A stretch of 24,000 nt of DNA, taken from the sequence record KJ716335.1. One strand, written 5' to 3'. A model generated the notes under the pieces. That model was not told the origin of the DNA, ran no database searches, and saw nothing but the letters and a program-made list of their open reading frames with translations. The stretch comes from Dickeya phage RC-2014. Of the stretch, positions 15,029 through 23,759 are shown one piece after another. Position 1 is the first letter of the stretch. Each line of letters starts with the position of its first letter. A program made the position numbers and the translations under genes.

Positions 15029-15855
15029 AATACGAAATCATCTTAGACGCTCTCATACAGAGAGCAATACAGAGAGGTAAAATGGGTGGCGTTTATCAAG
15101 AACGCCACCATATAATCCCTGTGTGCTTGGGTGGCACTAACCACTTCTCTAATCTTGTATGGTTGACACCAGAAGAACATTATGTCGTACATCACCTACT
15201 TTGGAGAACAAAACCACTCAACCCCGGTATCAGGAAGGCATGGACTGGGATGAACAACATGTCTAGGAACAACAAAGAGTTTGGGGAATTCAGGAGAAAT
15301 AATTCCACCAGAATGAAAGAAGTGATGTCATCTGATGAACAAAAGGAACGTTGTCGTAAGCAATCCAAGAAAAACTCATTGAACCCAGAAGTACAGAAGA
15401 AACGTGCGGGTAGCTTGAGAGGTTACACTTGGGATGACGAATCAAGGCGCAGGTTGTCAAAATCCAGGAAAGGGATACCACACTCCGAAGCACACAAAAC
15501 CAACCTTACCAAATCAGTCACCGAACGGATGAGGCGACCAGAAGAAAGGGAGAGGTATTCTGCTATGTGGCGCCAGAACAATCCCATGAATAACATACAA
15601 CCTTGGGAACACCCGACTGTTGTAAAGACGGGTAAATCCCGACAATGGCTCCTGGCTGGTGAATTCTTTGAATGGTGGTGTAGTAACGGTGAAGACAAAG
15701 TGAAGAACCGTTATTGTTTAATGTTGAAAGAAACCGGGTTAAGCTCTGTGTGTTCTAAGGCCACAGCTCAAACTTGTATATCTAAATTTCAGAAAGGTTG
15801 GATACCAAAAGAAGATCCCGCCTGGTTGAAATTTTACGGAGATAATAATGGTTGA
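15025..15855 (+). mobile_element. Free-standing HNH homing endonuclease
   Basis: 276 aa; ERHHIIPVCLGGTNHFSNLVWLTPEEHYVVHHLL HNH core; sequence visibly more A+T rich than neighbours; overlaps flanking genes by 4 and 8 bp. Confidence 0.85.
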
Positions 15856-17746
15856 TGTAAACAGAAAATACAAAAAGCTCTCACACATCGAGCATATACT
15901 CCTTCGCCCAGAGCGCCATCTAGGGAGTATCCGTTCTTCTGTCGGGATGGCTTGGGTATATGATCTCAGCAAAGACAAAGTTGTGTTTAAAGACAATTTT
16001 GAATATAACCCCGCTCTTATCAAACAGTTTGATGAAATCATCACCAACTGTGTTGACCACAGCAAGACCCCTGAGGGCAAATCCCTGACGGAAATCACCG
16101 TCACGGTTTCCCCTATGAACGGCCAAATCATCGTTGCCGACAACGGCGGTATCCCTGTGGTCAAACATGAATCTGGTATGTGGTTGCCAGAAATGTTATT
16201 TTCAGAATTGTTTGCGGGATCAAACTTCAACGACGATGACGAGGAGTACAACAACCAGAAGTCCGGTGGCCAGAATGGCGAAGGGGCTTCGCTCGTCAAC
16301 GTGTTCTCCAAATGGTTCCGCGTCACGACTAATGACGGCAAGAAGTCTTATGCTCAGACGTTTGAAGACAACATGAGCAAGAAGTCTAATCCGGTCATCA
16401 GCAACATGAACAGCCCTGGCACTTCCATCGCCTGGATCCCTGATTATGCTCGCCTGGGCGTCAAGGGGCTTGACCAGAACAACCTGCTCATGATCTACCG
16501 CCGCGCATTCGAAGTCGCAGCGTGTAACCCGCGCCTGAAGGTTGTGCTGAACGGGAAGCAAATCCGGATTGATCGCTTTGGTCACTTCGTTGATTACTTC
16601 TACGCTGGCTCTGCTGTTGATGAAGCCGGGGACTGGTCTGTTGCTGTAGCCCCTTCATCTGGTACGTTCATGCATGCATCATACGTGAACTCAATCGCCA
16701 CCCACATCGGTGGTCCTCACGTTGATTATGTGGCCGACCAGATCGTGGCCGCGATTCGCCCTCAGCTGGTCAAGAAGTTCAAGACTGAGCTGAAACCAGC
16801 AATGATCAAGAACCACATGTCGTTGTTCATCTCTGCGGACATCAACAACCCACGCTTTGACAGCCAGACCAAGGAGCGCATGACGACTCCTGTGAGCCAG
16901 TTTGGTACGTCCTACAAGCCCAGCGATAAATTGATACGCAAGGCGCTTGAGTTCGTGACAGCAGGGCTGAGCAAAGAACTGGCGGCGCTGCGCAATGACC
17001 AGGACGATGCAGAGTTTGAAAAGGCCAAGAAGGATATCAGCAAGCGCGATTATCGTGAGATTGAGAAGTATTATCCAGCGACAGCCCGTGGTGATCGCAG
17101 CGGCTGCTCCCTGCTACTGACTGAGGGTGACAGCGCCTCCAACCCTATCCTGAACGCCCGTGACACCAAGAAGATTGGATTGTTCCCGCTTCGTGGTAAG
17201 TTCATCAACTGCCTGAACGCCCCGCGCTCAAAGGTGATGGCGAACGAAGAGTTCAAGAACCTGTGTACAATCCACGGCGGCGCAGTACCTGGCCAACCTC
17301 TTGACATCAGCCGCTATCCACAGACTGTTGTGGCTACCGATGCGGACGACGACGGCATTCACATCCGTGGTCTGCTGATCACCCTGTATTGCACCTACTG
17401 GCCGGAATACGTCCGCGAGGGCAGGCTGAAGCTCCTGCGCACCCCTTACATGCGCGTGTGGTGTGGTAAGGTGATGCATGAGTTCATGAACAACGCCGAG
17501 TATGAGGAATTCCTGAAGACTCCAGATGCCAAGAAGGTCACGAAGAAGAAATACCTGAAAGGTCTGGGTGGTAACAGCACCGAAGACTTCAAGCGTATTC
17601 TAAACAACCTGGATGCGTATACTACGACGGTCACGCTGGATGATGGCTATCAACAGTCACTGAAGAATGGTTTCAGCGACGAGGCCGCCGATTACCGCAA
17701 AACCTGGTTTAGCGATGTTTGCCTGTTTGAAACGGATAGTGAATAG
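15848..17746 (+). CDS. 39: Type II DNA topoisomerase large subunit (GyrB/ParE-like ATPase + TOPRIM)
   Basis: 632 aa; EIITNCVDHS, VADNGGIPV, GGQNGEGASLVNVFS ATPase motifs; CSLLLTEGDSAS TOPRIM; VVATDADDDGIHIRGLLI. Confidence 0.95.
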   Translation: MVDVNRKYKKLSHIEHILLRPERHLGSIRSSVGMAWVYDLSKDKVVFKDNFEYNPALIKQFDEIITNCVDHSKTPEGKSLTEITVTVSPMNGQIIVADNGGIPVVKHESGMWLPEMLFSELFAGSNFNDDDEEYNNQKSGGQNGEGASLVNVFSKWFRVTTNDGKKSYAQTFEDNMSKKSNPVISNMNSPGTSIAWIPDYARLGVKGLDQNNLLMIYRRAFEVAACNPRLKVVLNGKQIRIDRFGHFVDYFYAGSAVDEAGDWSVAVAPSSGTFMHASYVNSIATHIGGPHVDYVADQIVAAIRPQLVKKFKTELKPAMIKNHMSLFISADINNPRFDSQTKERMTTPVSQFGTSYKPSDKLIRKALEFVTAGLSKELAALRNDQDDAEFEKAKKDISKRDYREIEKYYPATARGDRSGCSLLLTEGDSASNPILNARDTKKIGLFPLRGKFINCLNAPRSKVMANEEFKNLCTIHGGAVPGQPLDISRYPQTVVATDADDDGIHIRGLLITLYCTYWPEYVREGRLKLLRTPYMRVWCGKVMHEFMNNAEYEEFLKTPDAKKVTKKKYLKGLGGNSTEDFKRILNNLDAYTTTVTLDDGYQQSLKNGFSDEAADYRKTWFSDVCLFETDSE

Positions 17747-17754
17747 GATCTGTT

Positions 17755-18327
17755 ATGAAACGACTGATTTATGGAGTTGCCGTCAACGATTTACCTGAGA
17801 GGCCTATGTCTTCTGGCGGAAGATGCACCAAAGAATACAACGCTTGGGTCAATATGTTGGAAAGGGTGTATAGTTCCAATTTCCAAGAGAAGAACCCCAC
17901 ATATATCGGTTGTTCTGTGGACCCCGTCTGGCTCAAAAGGTCTGAATTTGTTCTATGGTTTGATGAAAATTACAGATCTGGATGGCAGTTGGACAAGGAT
18001 ATCTTACACCCAGGGAATAAAGTCTATGGACCACAATATTGTTTGTATGTACCAAGATGGCTTAATCTATTCACGATAGACTGTAAGAAGAAAAGGGGAG
18101 AACACCCGATCGGGGTTTATTTTGATAAACGAGACGGAAAATATGTTTCTCAATGCATGGTCAACGGCAGACAAAAATATCTTGGCGGATTTGATAGCCC
18201 CGAAGAGGCTCATGCCGCTTGGAAGGAATTTAAGATAAACCTGGCGTTTGAAAAGAAACCAGAAATGGATCAAATAGACCTCAGGGTTTACCCCAACATT
18301 GTCAAAATTATTGAAGGTGCATTATGA
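17755..18327 (+). mobile_element. AP2-domain-like putative homing endonuclease
   Basis: 190 aa; EYNAWVNMLERVYSS...PTYIGCSV...W, LDKDILHPGNKVYGPQYCLYVP, then AP2-like HPIGVYFDKRDGKYVSQCMVNGRQKYLGGFDSPEEAHAAWKEFK; located between topoisomerase subunit genes. Confidence 0.7.
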
Positions 18328-19658
18328 AGACCATAGAAACTTTGTCTGTTACCGATTTTATAAATCAGGACCACAAGGAGTTCTCTGTGGTCAACAGCAT
18401 CCGTCAGATCCCTCAGCTGATTGACAGCCTCAAGCCCAGCCAGCGCAAGATCCTCTTCGCTGCTCTTGAGTACAACAAGGAGGAGATCGTTGACCGCCTT
18501 GGCATGTTCGCCGCCGCCCGCACCAACTACAAGTCTGGTGGTGAGAACATGAGCGGCACTATCGTGAACATGGCTCAGGGGTTCCCAGGAACGAATAACA
18601 TTCCGTACTTCGACCGCGATGGCCAGTTTGGTTCTATCATGGGGCGCGACGCGTCGTCGGCACGTTACATTTCGGTGGCTGTGTCTGATGTTATCCGCAA
18701 GATCTTCCGCAAGGAGGATGAGGGTATCTTGGAATACAACTACCTTGGTGAAGAAAAGCTGGAGCCGAAGTTCTTCCTCCCCATTCTTCCCATGTTCCTC
18801 GTGAATGGTATTAATGGCATCGGCTCCGGTTATGCCACCGACACCCCGTGCCATTGCGTTAAGTCCGTGCTGAATGCCCTGAGAGCGCTTCTCCGTGGCG
18901 AAGACCCGAAAGACTTAAAACCGTATTGGAACGGCTACAAAGGGGAGACAGGCTATACTGAGGAAGGAAGAGCATACAGTCGTGGTCTGTTCACTCGCGT
19001 CAATGCCACCACCCTCAACATCACAGAAGTCCCTATCGGCTGGTTCGCCAAAACCTATGAGACCAAAGTGCTGTTGCCTCTGTACAAGGCGGGTGTCCTC
19101 ACTGAGTACGCAAACGACACGACGGAGGATGGTTGGGACATCACTGTTGTGTTCAAGCGCGGCGAACTCTCTAAGCTGAGTGACGAGCAGGTTGAGCAGA
19201 TGTTCAAGCTGTATTCGGCTAACAAGCCTGTTTGGACGGCCTGGGATGAAGACGGGGTTATTCATCGTTATGCGGGTTGGCAAGACATGCTGCTGCCTTT
19301 CTTCAACTATCGCCTGGCTCGGTACGAAGACCGTCGCCAGTACATGCTGAAGGATATGGCCGACAGAATCCGTAAGCTGAACAATCGCGCCCTGTTTATC
19401 GCATGGGCTGTGGTGACCGACCTGCGACGGAGCCTTGATGAACTGAAGGCATTGTTCCAGACGGATTACCCCGACTTTGATGGAGACCTTGACGAGTTGT
19501 TCAAGATGCCACTGTCATCCATCACCCTGGACGCCCGTGAACGCCTCCTCAAGCAGATCGAGAACCTTGAGACACAACACAAGGAATTAAGTAAGAAAGA
19601 GGACATCGATCTTTACACCGAAGACCTTGATGACCTTGAAAAGGCTCTTGGCCTATAA
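18324..19658 (+). CDS. 52: Type II DNA topoisomerase medium subunit (GyrA/ParC-like)
   Basis: 444 aa; IDSLKPSQRKILFAALE, FPGTNNIPYFDRDGQFGSIMGRDASSARYISV (catalytic Tyr region), FLVNGINGIGSGYAT. Confidence 0.95.
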   Translation: MKTIETLSVTDFINQDHKEFSVVNSIRQIPQLIDSLKPSQRKILFAALEYNKEEIVDRLGMFAAARTNYKSGGENMSGTIVNMAQGFPGTNNIPYFDRDGQFGSIMGRDASSARYISVAVSDVIRKIFRKEDEGILEYNYLGEEKLEPKFFLPILPMFLVNGINGIGSGYATDTPCHCVKSVLNALRALLRGEDPKDLKPYWNGYKGETGYTEEGRAYSRGLFTRVNATTLNITEVPIGWFAKTYETKVLLPLYKAGVLTEYANDTTEDGWDITVVFKRGELSKLSDEQVEQMFKLYSANKPVWTAWDEDGVIHRYAGWQDMLLPFFNYRLARYEDRRQYMLKDMADRIRKLNNRALFIAWAVVTDLRRSLDELKALFQTDYPDFDGDLDELFKMPLSSITLDARERLLKQIENLETQHKELSKKEDIDLYTEDLDDLEKALGL

Positions 19659-19662
19659 TACC

Positions 19663-19682
19663 GGAGGGGTTCGCCCCTCCTC
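19663..19682 (+). terminator. GC-rich hairpin after topoisomerase gene, probable terminator
   Basis: GGAGGGG-TTCG-CCCCTCC; T-run poor (TCACC). Confidence 0.5.
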
Positions 19683-19700
19683 ACCTGCGAGGGTTGTGCT

Positions 19701-19991
19701 ATGTTCTATCTCCGTACTGCAGCACCTATCATGTTCCTTGTGTTCCTCTTTGATTTTCTGGTTCCTCGCTTCATCAAAGAAGAGGTTGCTTTCGGCCTCT
19801 ATGGTGAGACAGAAGACCCGGAGGTGGATGAATACTTCCCAATGTGTGCCCTGAAAGACGTCGTTGAGGGTGAGCCGGGGATTGTAATGGTCGGCACCAT
19901 GCGTTCTTTCAACCTGTTTGGGTTCGCACTCTTCCCGAAACTGATCGGTGAACTGCGCCCATACGATCCTGATGCCACTGTAGAGGGTTAA
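19701..19991 (+). CDS. Small membrane-anchored protein
   Basis: 96 aa; hydrophobic N-terminus APIMFLVFLFDFLV. Confidence 0.7.
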   Translation: MFYLRTAAPIMFLVFLFDFLVPRFIKEEVAFGLYGETEDPEVDEYFPMCALKDVVEGEPGIVMVGTMRSFNLFGFALFPKLIGELRPYDPDATVEG

Positions 19992-19993
19992 TC

Positions 19994-20308
19994 ATGTCAC
20001 AGCTTCTGAGTCCTAAACTTCTGTCCATGGGTGATTCCCTGTATTTTCACTGCCCTGGGTGTGATATGCTTCACCCATACCGCGTGAAGGGATCCCCAGA
20101 ACAAGGTCCGGTGTGGTCGTGGAACCATAATGTTGTTGAACCTACGTTCACGCCGAGTCTGTTGGTGTTCAAGGATCGACCAGAATCGCGCTGCCATTTG
20201 TTCCTGACCGATGGCAAAATACAATTCCTCGGCGACTGTTTCCACGATCTGAAGAACCAGACAGTGGATATGGTCGACATCCCTGAACCTGAAATTTGGA
20301 TTGAATAG
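19994..20308 (+). CDS. DUF6527-like protein
   Basis: FHCPGCDMLHPYRV, WSWNHNVVEPTFTPSLLV, CHLFLTDGKIQFLGDCFHDLKNQTVDM. Confidence 0.7.
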   Translation: MSQLLSPKLLSMGDSLYFHCPGCDMLHPYRVKGSPEQGPVWSWNHNVVEPTFTPSLLVFKDRPESRCHLFLTDGKIQFLGDCFHDLKNQTVDMVDIPEPEIWIE

Positions 20309-20311
20309 ATT

Positions 20312-20491
20312 ATGAAATTACTGGGCTATTTTCGCGAACTCCCAACAGGCACTGAAGGCAAATTGTTCTCCCAGGTGAAGGGGAATGACATCGGTGATAC
20401 GATGGTTCCCCTGTACATCCGTGACCTACCAGCCCATGACGCATGGCAACGCCGTGTGGTTGCAGCTGGGAACAATTCAAGCGCCCTGTGA
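20312..20491 (+). CDS. 59-aa hypothetical protein (not in track)
   Basis: ATG 20312 to TGA 20489-20491: MKLLGYFRELPTGTEGKLFSQVKGNDIGDTMVPLYIRDLPAHDAWQRRVVAAGNNSSAL. Confidence 0.6.
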   Translation: MKLLGYFRELPTGTEGKLFSQVKGNDIGDTMVPLYIRDLPAHDAWQRRVVAAGNNSSAL

Positions 20492-20531
20492 CATTGGCCG
20501 AGCTGCTCTACACCAATCTGGGGATTGAATT

Positions 20532-20705
20532 ATGACACAAAAAGTTCTGTTGAAGGTCTATGTCGGCAAGGATGAGAAGATCGCCTTCGACAAGGCCGAA
20601 TCCTATAAGCAAACGCCAAAGTTGCTGAAGGATATTGTCTTCAACTGTGATCGGTACGGTGACCGCTACTCGAACAAACAGGTTCGGATCGAAGACATGA
20701 TGTAA
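20532..20705 (+). CDS. 57-aa hypothetical protein (not in track)
   Basis: ATG 20532 to TAA 20703-20705: MTQKVLLKVYVGKDEKIAFDKAESYKQTPKLLKDIVFNCDRYGDRYSNKQVRIEDMM. Confidence 0.6.
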   Translation: MTQKVLLKVYVGKDEKIAFDKAESYKQTPKLLKDIVFNCDRYGDRYSNKQVRIEDMM

Positions 20706-20918
20706 TTTAACGTCGGCTTTCGCAGTTTCCCTTCTTCTGGCTGCGTCTATTGCTTTGAAGAAGATCTCGAAGAGGCCAAGAAAATCTTGGTGGATGTCAT
20801 CAACAAACGCGTCCAGGGCATGCTCAACCGTTTTAAATTCGACGTTGAGGAGCATAACCGACAGACAGCAAACGCTGAAGGTGTGCACCGGATCAAGCTG
20901 GAATGGGAGATTTTATGA
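20706..20918 (+). other. Open frame continuing after in-frame TAA; candidate gene without ATG near its start
   Basis: 70 sense codons in the same frame as 20532..20705 ending at TGA 20916-20918, which overlaps the HAD gene ATG. Possible starts: TTG 20787 or ATG 20820. Confidence 0.5.
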
Positions 20919-21286
20919 TCATTGCAGTGGATTTTGATGGGACTTGTGTGACCCACGAGTACCCAAAGATCGGGCGGGACATCGGCGCTGATGCCTGCCT
21001 GAAGAGGCTCGTTGCCAAAGGGCATCAGCTGATTTTGTTCACGATGCGTTCTGGTGCGGAATTGGAGCAAGCGAAAACTTGGTTCCATGTCCGTGGGATC
21101 CCTCTGTATGGAGTCAACACGAACCCATCACAGAAAACTTGGACGGAGTCTCCAAAGGCATACGCCCAGGTTTACATCGACGACGCTGCTCTTGGCTGCC
21201 CTCTGGTATGGGATGAAGTTTCCAATCGCCCCTGCGTGAACTGGCCAGAGGTGGAACGCATGTTAGAAAAGAGAGGCATCTTATGA
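20915..21286 (+). CDS. HAD-superfamily-like hydrolase
   Basis: ATG 20915 in frame with track ORF 20903; IIAVDFDGTCV (DxDGT), LILFTMRS, VYIDDAALG. Confidence 0.8.
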   Translation: MIIAVDFDGTCVTHEYPKIGRDIGADACLKRLVAKGHQLILFTMRSGAELEQAKTWFHVRGIPLYGVNTNPSQKTWTESPKAYAQVYIDDAALGCPLVWDEVSNRPCVNWPEVERMLEKRGIL

Positions 21287-21621
21287 AAAAGCCGCGCATT
21301 ACAGGACACCAACTCTCTGTTCTATACGGGATAGAGAATTTTGAGAAAGGTCATCGCCGTTATGGTGAATGGTACTTGCATCCCAAGTCATGGACCAATG
21401 ACAAGGGCAACACCGTTTGGACGTTCCATGTCTGTCCAAACGCAGGTGGGTTCACCTCCGTCAAAGGCGATCCATGGGATACCCGCACTGGGGCTTCCCT
21501 GTTGTCTAAGGGGTTGATCGAACCATCTGGATCTATGGTTCACGACGGTTCGTATGTGAACTGGCCGAACACTGAGGTGACGTTCTACCGCCTGACTGAA
21601 CTCGGCAAGTCATACCTCTGA
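21283..21621 (+). CDS. Hypothetical protein
   Basis: 112-aa ORF, ATGA overlap with HAD-like gene. Confidence 0.7.
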   Translation: MKKPRITGHQLSVLYGIENFEKGHRRYGEWYLHPKSWTNDKGNTVWTFHVCPNAGGFTSVKGDPWDTRTGASLLSKGLIEPSGSMVHDGSYVNWPNTEVTFYRLTELGKSYL

Positions 21622-21645
21622 ATAAAGATTCAGCGGTTATTGAAG

Positions 21646-21669
21646 AAGGGGGAGTATATACTTCCCCTT
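21646..21669 (+). terminator. Hairpin, possible terminator
   Basis: AAGGGGGAG-TATATA-CTTCCCCTT, 9-bp stem with one G-T pair; followed by AGTTTATT. Confidence 0.5.
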
Positions 21670-21691
21670 AGTTTATTAAGAGGAACCGGAA

Positions 21692-22006
21692 ATGACCCCA
21701 TTAAAAGAGATGTATGAGCGCCTGGCTGAACTGCAGGCGAAGGAAAAGCGATTCTCAGAAGAAGAGTCTGAAATCGCCGAGCTGAACAACCTGATCGCCA
21801 CTCGCGAGAAGTATCTGCAGCGCTACATCAATCACCCGCCGCGCATGGTAGATCGCGTCAGCACAATCATGGACCTGGATGAAGTTACTCCTGGCAAAGA
21901 AATCATTGTCAGGGAAGTTCATCAGATGGTCGCTATGGGTCAGATCTTCGGTCGCGCAGACCAGGACGACATGATCTTCCTCCTTGAAAAGAAACTGGTG
22001 TTGTAA
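21692..22006 (+). CDS. Hypothetical coiled-coil-like protein
   Basis: 104-aa ORF MTPLKEMYERLAELQAKEKRFSEEESEIAEL; SD AAGAGGAACC. Confidence 0.75.
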   Translation: MTPLKEMYERLAELQAKEKRFSEEESEIAELNNLIATREKYLQRYINHPPRMVDRVSTIMDLDEVTPGKEIIVREVHQMVAMGQIFGRADQDDMIFLLEKKLVL

Positions 22007-22512
22007 TGGCTATCAAACCCCGTATGTTGTTTGCGCATATGCGCTCGGCTCATGCATACGCTCTGTCCAGCTATGCACAGCGCCTGAAGGTCGGTTGTGT
22101 TATCGTTGATGAACAGACTGACCAACCTGTTGCCATCGGATGGAACGGGACTGCTCCTGGCGCTCCTAATGTCTGTGAGCAAGAAGTGGATGGCGAGTTG
22201 GTATCAGTCGGGGTTGTCCATGCAGAAGAGAACGCTTTGATGCGCATCCCTGAAGCATTGGACAATCGTGTTGATCTGACGATGTTCGTCTCACACAGCC
22301 CATGCCCTGTTTGTACTCAGCTGATAATCAAAAGCTGCGCTATCAAGAAGGTCATCTACAATGTACCGTACCGGATCACAGACGGCATTATTGAAATGCT
22401 GGCTGCTGGCATTGAAGTATACCGCATGGTCGACCAGTTTGCTGTAGTCCAGCATTCTGTGAAGAACGGCGAACTGGTATCCACCCCTGTTTTAGTGAAC
22501 CCTGACAAGTAA
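22006..22512 (+). CDS. cd: dCMP deaminase
   Basis: 168 aa; SYAQRLKVGCVIV, VVHAEENAL (HAE), HSPCPVCTQLIIKSCAIKKVIY (PCxxC). Confidence 0.85.
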   Translation: MAIKPRMLFAHMRSAHAYALSSYAQRLKVGCVIVDEQTDQPVAIGWNGTAPGAPNVCEQEVDGELVSVGVVHAEENALMRIPEALDNRVDLTMFVSHSPCPVCTQLIIKSCAIKKVIYNVPYRITDGIIEMLAAGIEVYRMVDQFAVVQHSVKNGELVSTPVLVNPDK

Positions 22513-22522
22513 GGAATTTATC

Positions 22523-22930
22523 ATGCGTTATGTAGATCGTATGCTCGGCAAAGACGAGCAAGTTATTGCCTTCACCCGCCCGACTTGGTGGAGCGGTTTC
22601 TGGATGTACGTGTTGGTCGTGCTGCTGTTTGTTCCGACCTTCGGTGTCAGTCTGCTGTTCCTGATCCCGACTGTGCTGAACGTCCTGACCACCGAATTCG
22701 CTGTGACCAACAAGCGTGTCATCGTCAAGCGCGGTTTCATCCGTCGTGATGCCGATGAGCTGCGCATCGGTAAGGTGGAGACAGTGAAGGTTGACCAGTC
22801 CATCACAGGCCGCATCCTGGGCTTCTCTACCATCAGTGTGATTGGCACGGGCGGCACCCGCCTGCTGGCCACGGGTTGTGCTGGTGGTAATGCATTCCGC
22901 CAGAAGATCTACGATCACCTGGACGACTGA
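22523..22930 (+). CDS. Membrane protein with bacterial PH-like (bPH2/YdbS-type) domain
   Basis: TM segment FWMYVLVVLLFVPTFGVSLLFLIPTVLNVL followed by TTEFAVTNKRVIVKRGFIRRDADELRIGKVETVKVDQSITGRILGFSTISVIGTGG. Confidence 0.75.
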   Translation: MRYVDRMLGKDEQVIAFTRPTWWSGFWMYVLVVLLFVPTFGVSLLFLIPTVLNVLTTEFAVTNKRVIVKRGFIRRDADELRIGKVETVKVDQSITGRILGFSTISVIGTGGTRLLATGCAGGNAFRQKIYDHLDD

Positions 22931-22932
22931 TT

Positions 22933-23145
22933 ATGATCACTTCAGGCTACACCATCGATCTATATTGTGAATGCTCGGACTGCAAGGCATGCAGTTGGGC
23001 TTGGGAAGAGCATCATCCCAAGTGCGGGTTCAAACAATACACTGGTGAGACTTGGGGTGAGTGTGTCAGATTAGCTCGGGCTGATGGTTGGCAAATCGGG
23101 CGCGACAGACATACCTGTTACGCCCCTGGCCACAAGAGAAGTTAA
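22933..23145 (+). CDS. Small Cys-rich (zinc-binding-like) protein
   Basis: 70-aa ORF YTIDLYCECSDCKACSWAWEEHHPKCGF; stop overlaps convergent gp4-like stop. Confidence 0.65.
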   Translation: MITSGYTIDLYCECSDCKACSWAWEEHHPKCGFKQYTGETWGECVRLARADGWQIGRDRHTCYAPGHKRS

Positions 23146-23759
23146 GGTAAGAGCAATCCATCATCCCGCTCCGTTGGGGCGGGTTTAATCTCCTTCCGCA
23201 TCTGTTCCTTCAGCACCCTGACACGCTCAGCATGGCGACGGTCTTGCATCTCCATATCCCGTTTCTTCTTCTTCGACTTCAGCTCAAACTGTTTGCGTAC
23301 ATCAGGATCTTCACCTGGGACGAGGTGCTCTTCAGTCCAGATAATGAACTTCCAGTTCTTCTTGGCGCATAGTTCACGGGTAGCCTCCCACTTGGCAGAG
23401 TTGACCAGCCAGGTTCGCATCGCATTGTTGAATGTCGACTCCTTCATGTTCGGAGTCTTCTTCGGCTGCTTGATCTGATCCTTCGGCTTTATCTCAATGA
23501 GGGTGACCTGCAGTTCCTCTTGCCCTTCACGGCGCGTCCAGACCTTGAGGTCCATGAAGTAACGATGGGTGCGTCCGTCGACTGGAGACACGTATGGGAT
23601 TACACAGGTTTCCGAACTCCACTTCACTATTCCAGAATTCGTATCACAGAATTTGAATGCCACCAACTCCAGAGAAGAGCGGAAGACTATATCCTTTGGG
23701 TTCCCGACATATTTGCTTGGGTTGATGGGAACATATTTTCCCTGAAGATATTGGGACAT
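23142..23759 (-). CDS. 4: Head completion protein, T4 gp4-like
   Basis: Minus-strand ORF; ATG at 23759 preceded by SD GGAGG; QGKYVPINPSKYVGNPKDIVFRSSLELVAFKFCDTNSGIVKWSSETCVIPYVSPVDGRTHRYFMDLKVW. Confidence 0.85.
   Translation of the reverse strand: MSQYLQGKYVPINPSKYVGNPKDIVFRSSLELVAFKFCDTNSGIVKWSSETCVIPYVSPVDGRTHRYFMDLKVWTRREGQEELQVTLIEIKPKDQIKQPKKTPNMKESTFNNAMRTWLVNSAKWEATRELCAKKNWKFIIWTEEHLVPGEDPDVRKQFELKSKKKKRDMEMQDRRHAERVRVLKEQMRKEIKPAPTERDDGLLLP

Noticed and set aside
15739-16341. 200-aa minus-strand ORF across the HNH/topoisomerase junction
   Set aside because: Spans two well-supported + strand genes with clear catalytic motifs.
20755-20937. 60-aa + strand ORF MKKISKRPRKSWWMSSTNAS...
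   Set aside because: Overlaps an alternative frame that ends in the ATGA coupling with the HAD gene and has more protein-like composition.
22388-22918. 176-aa minus-strand ORF
   Set aside because: Antisense to dCMP deaminase and the PH-domain gene.
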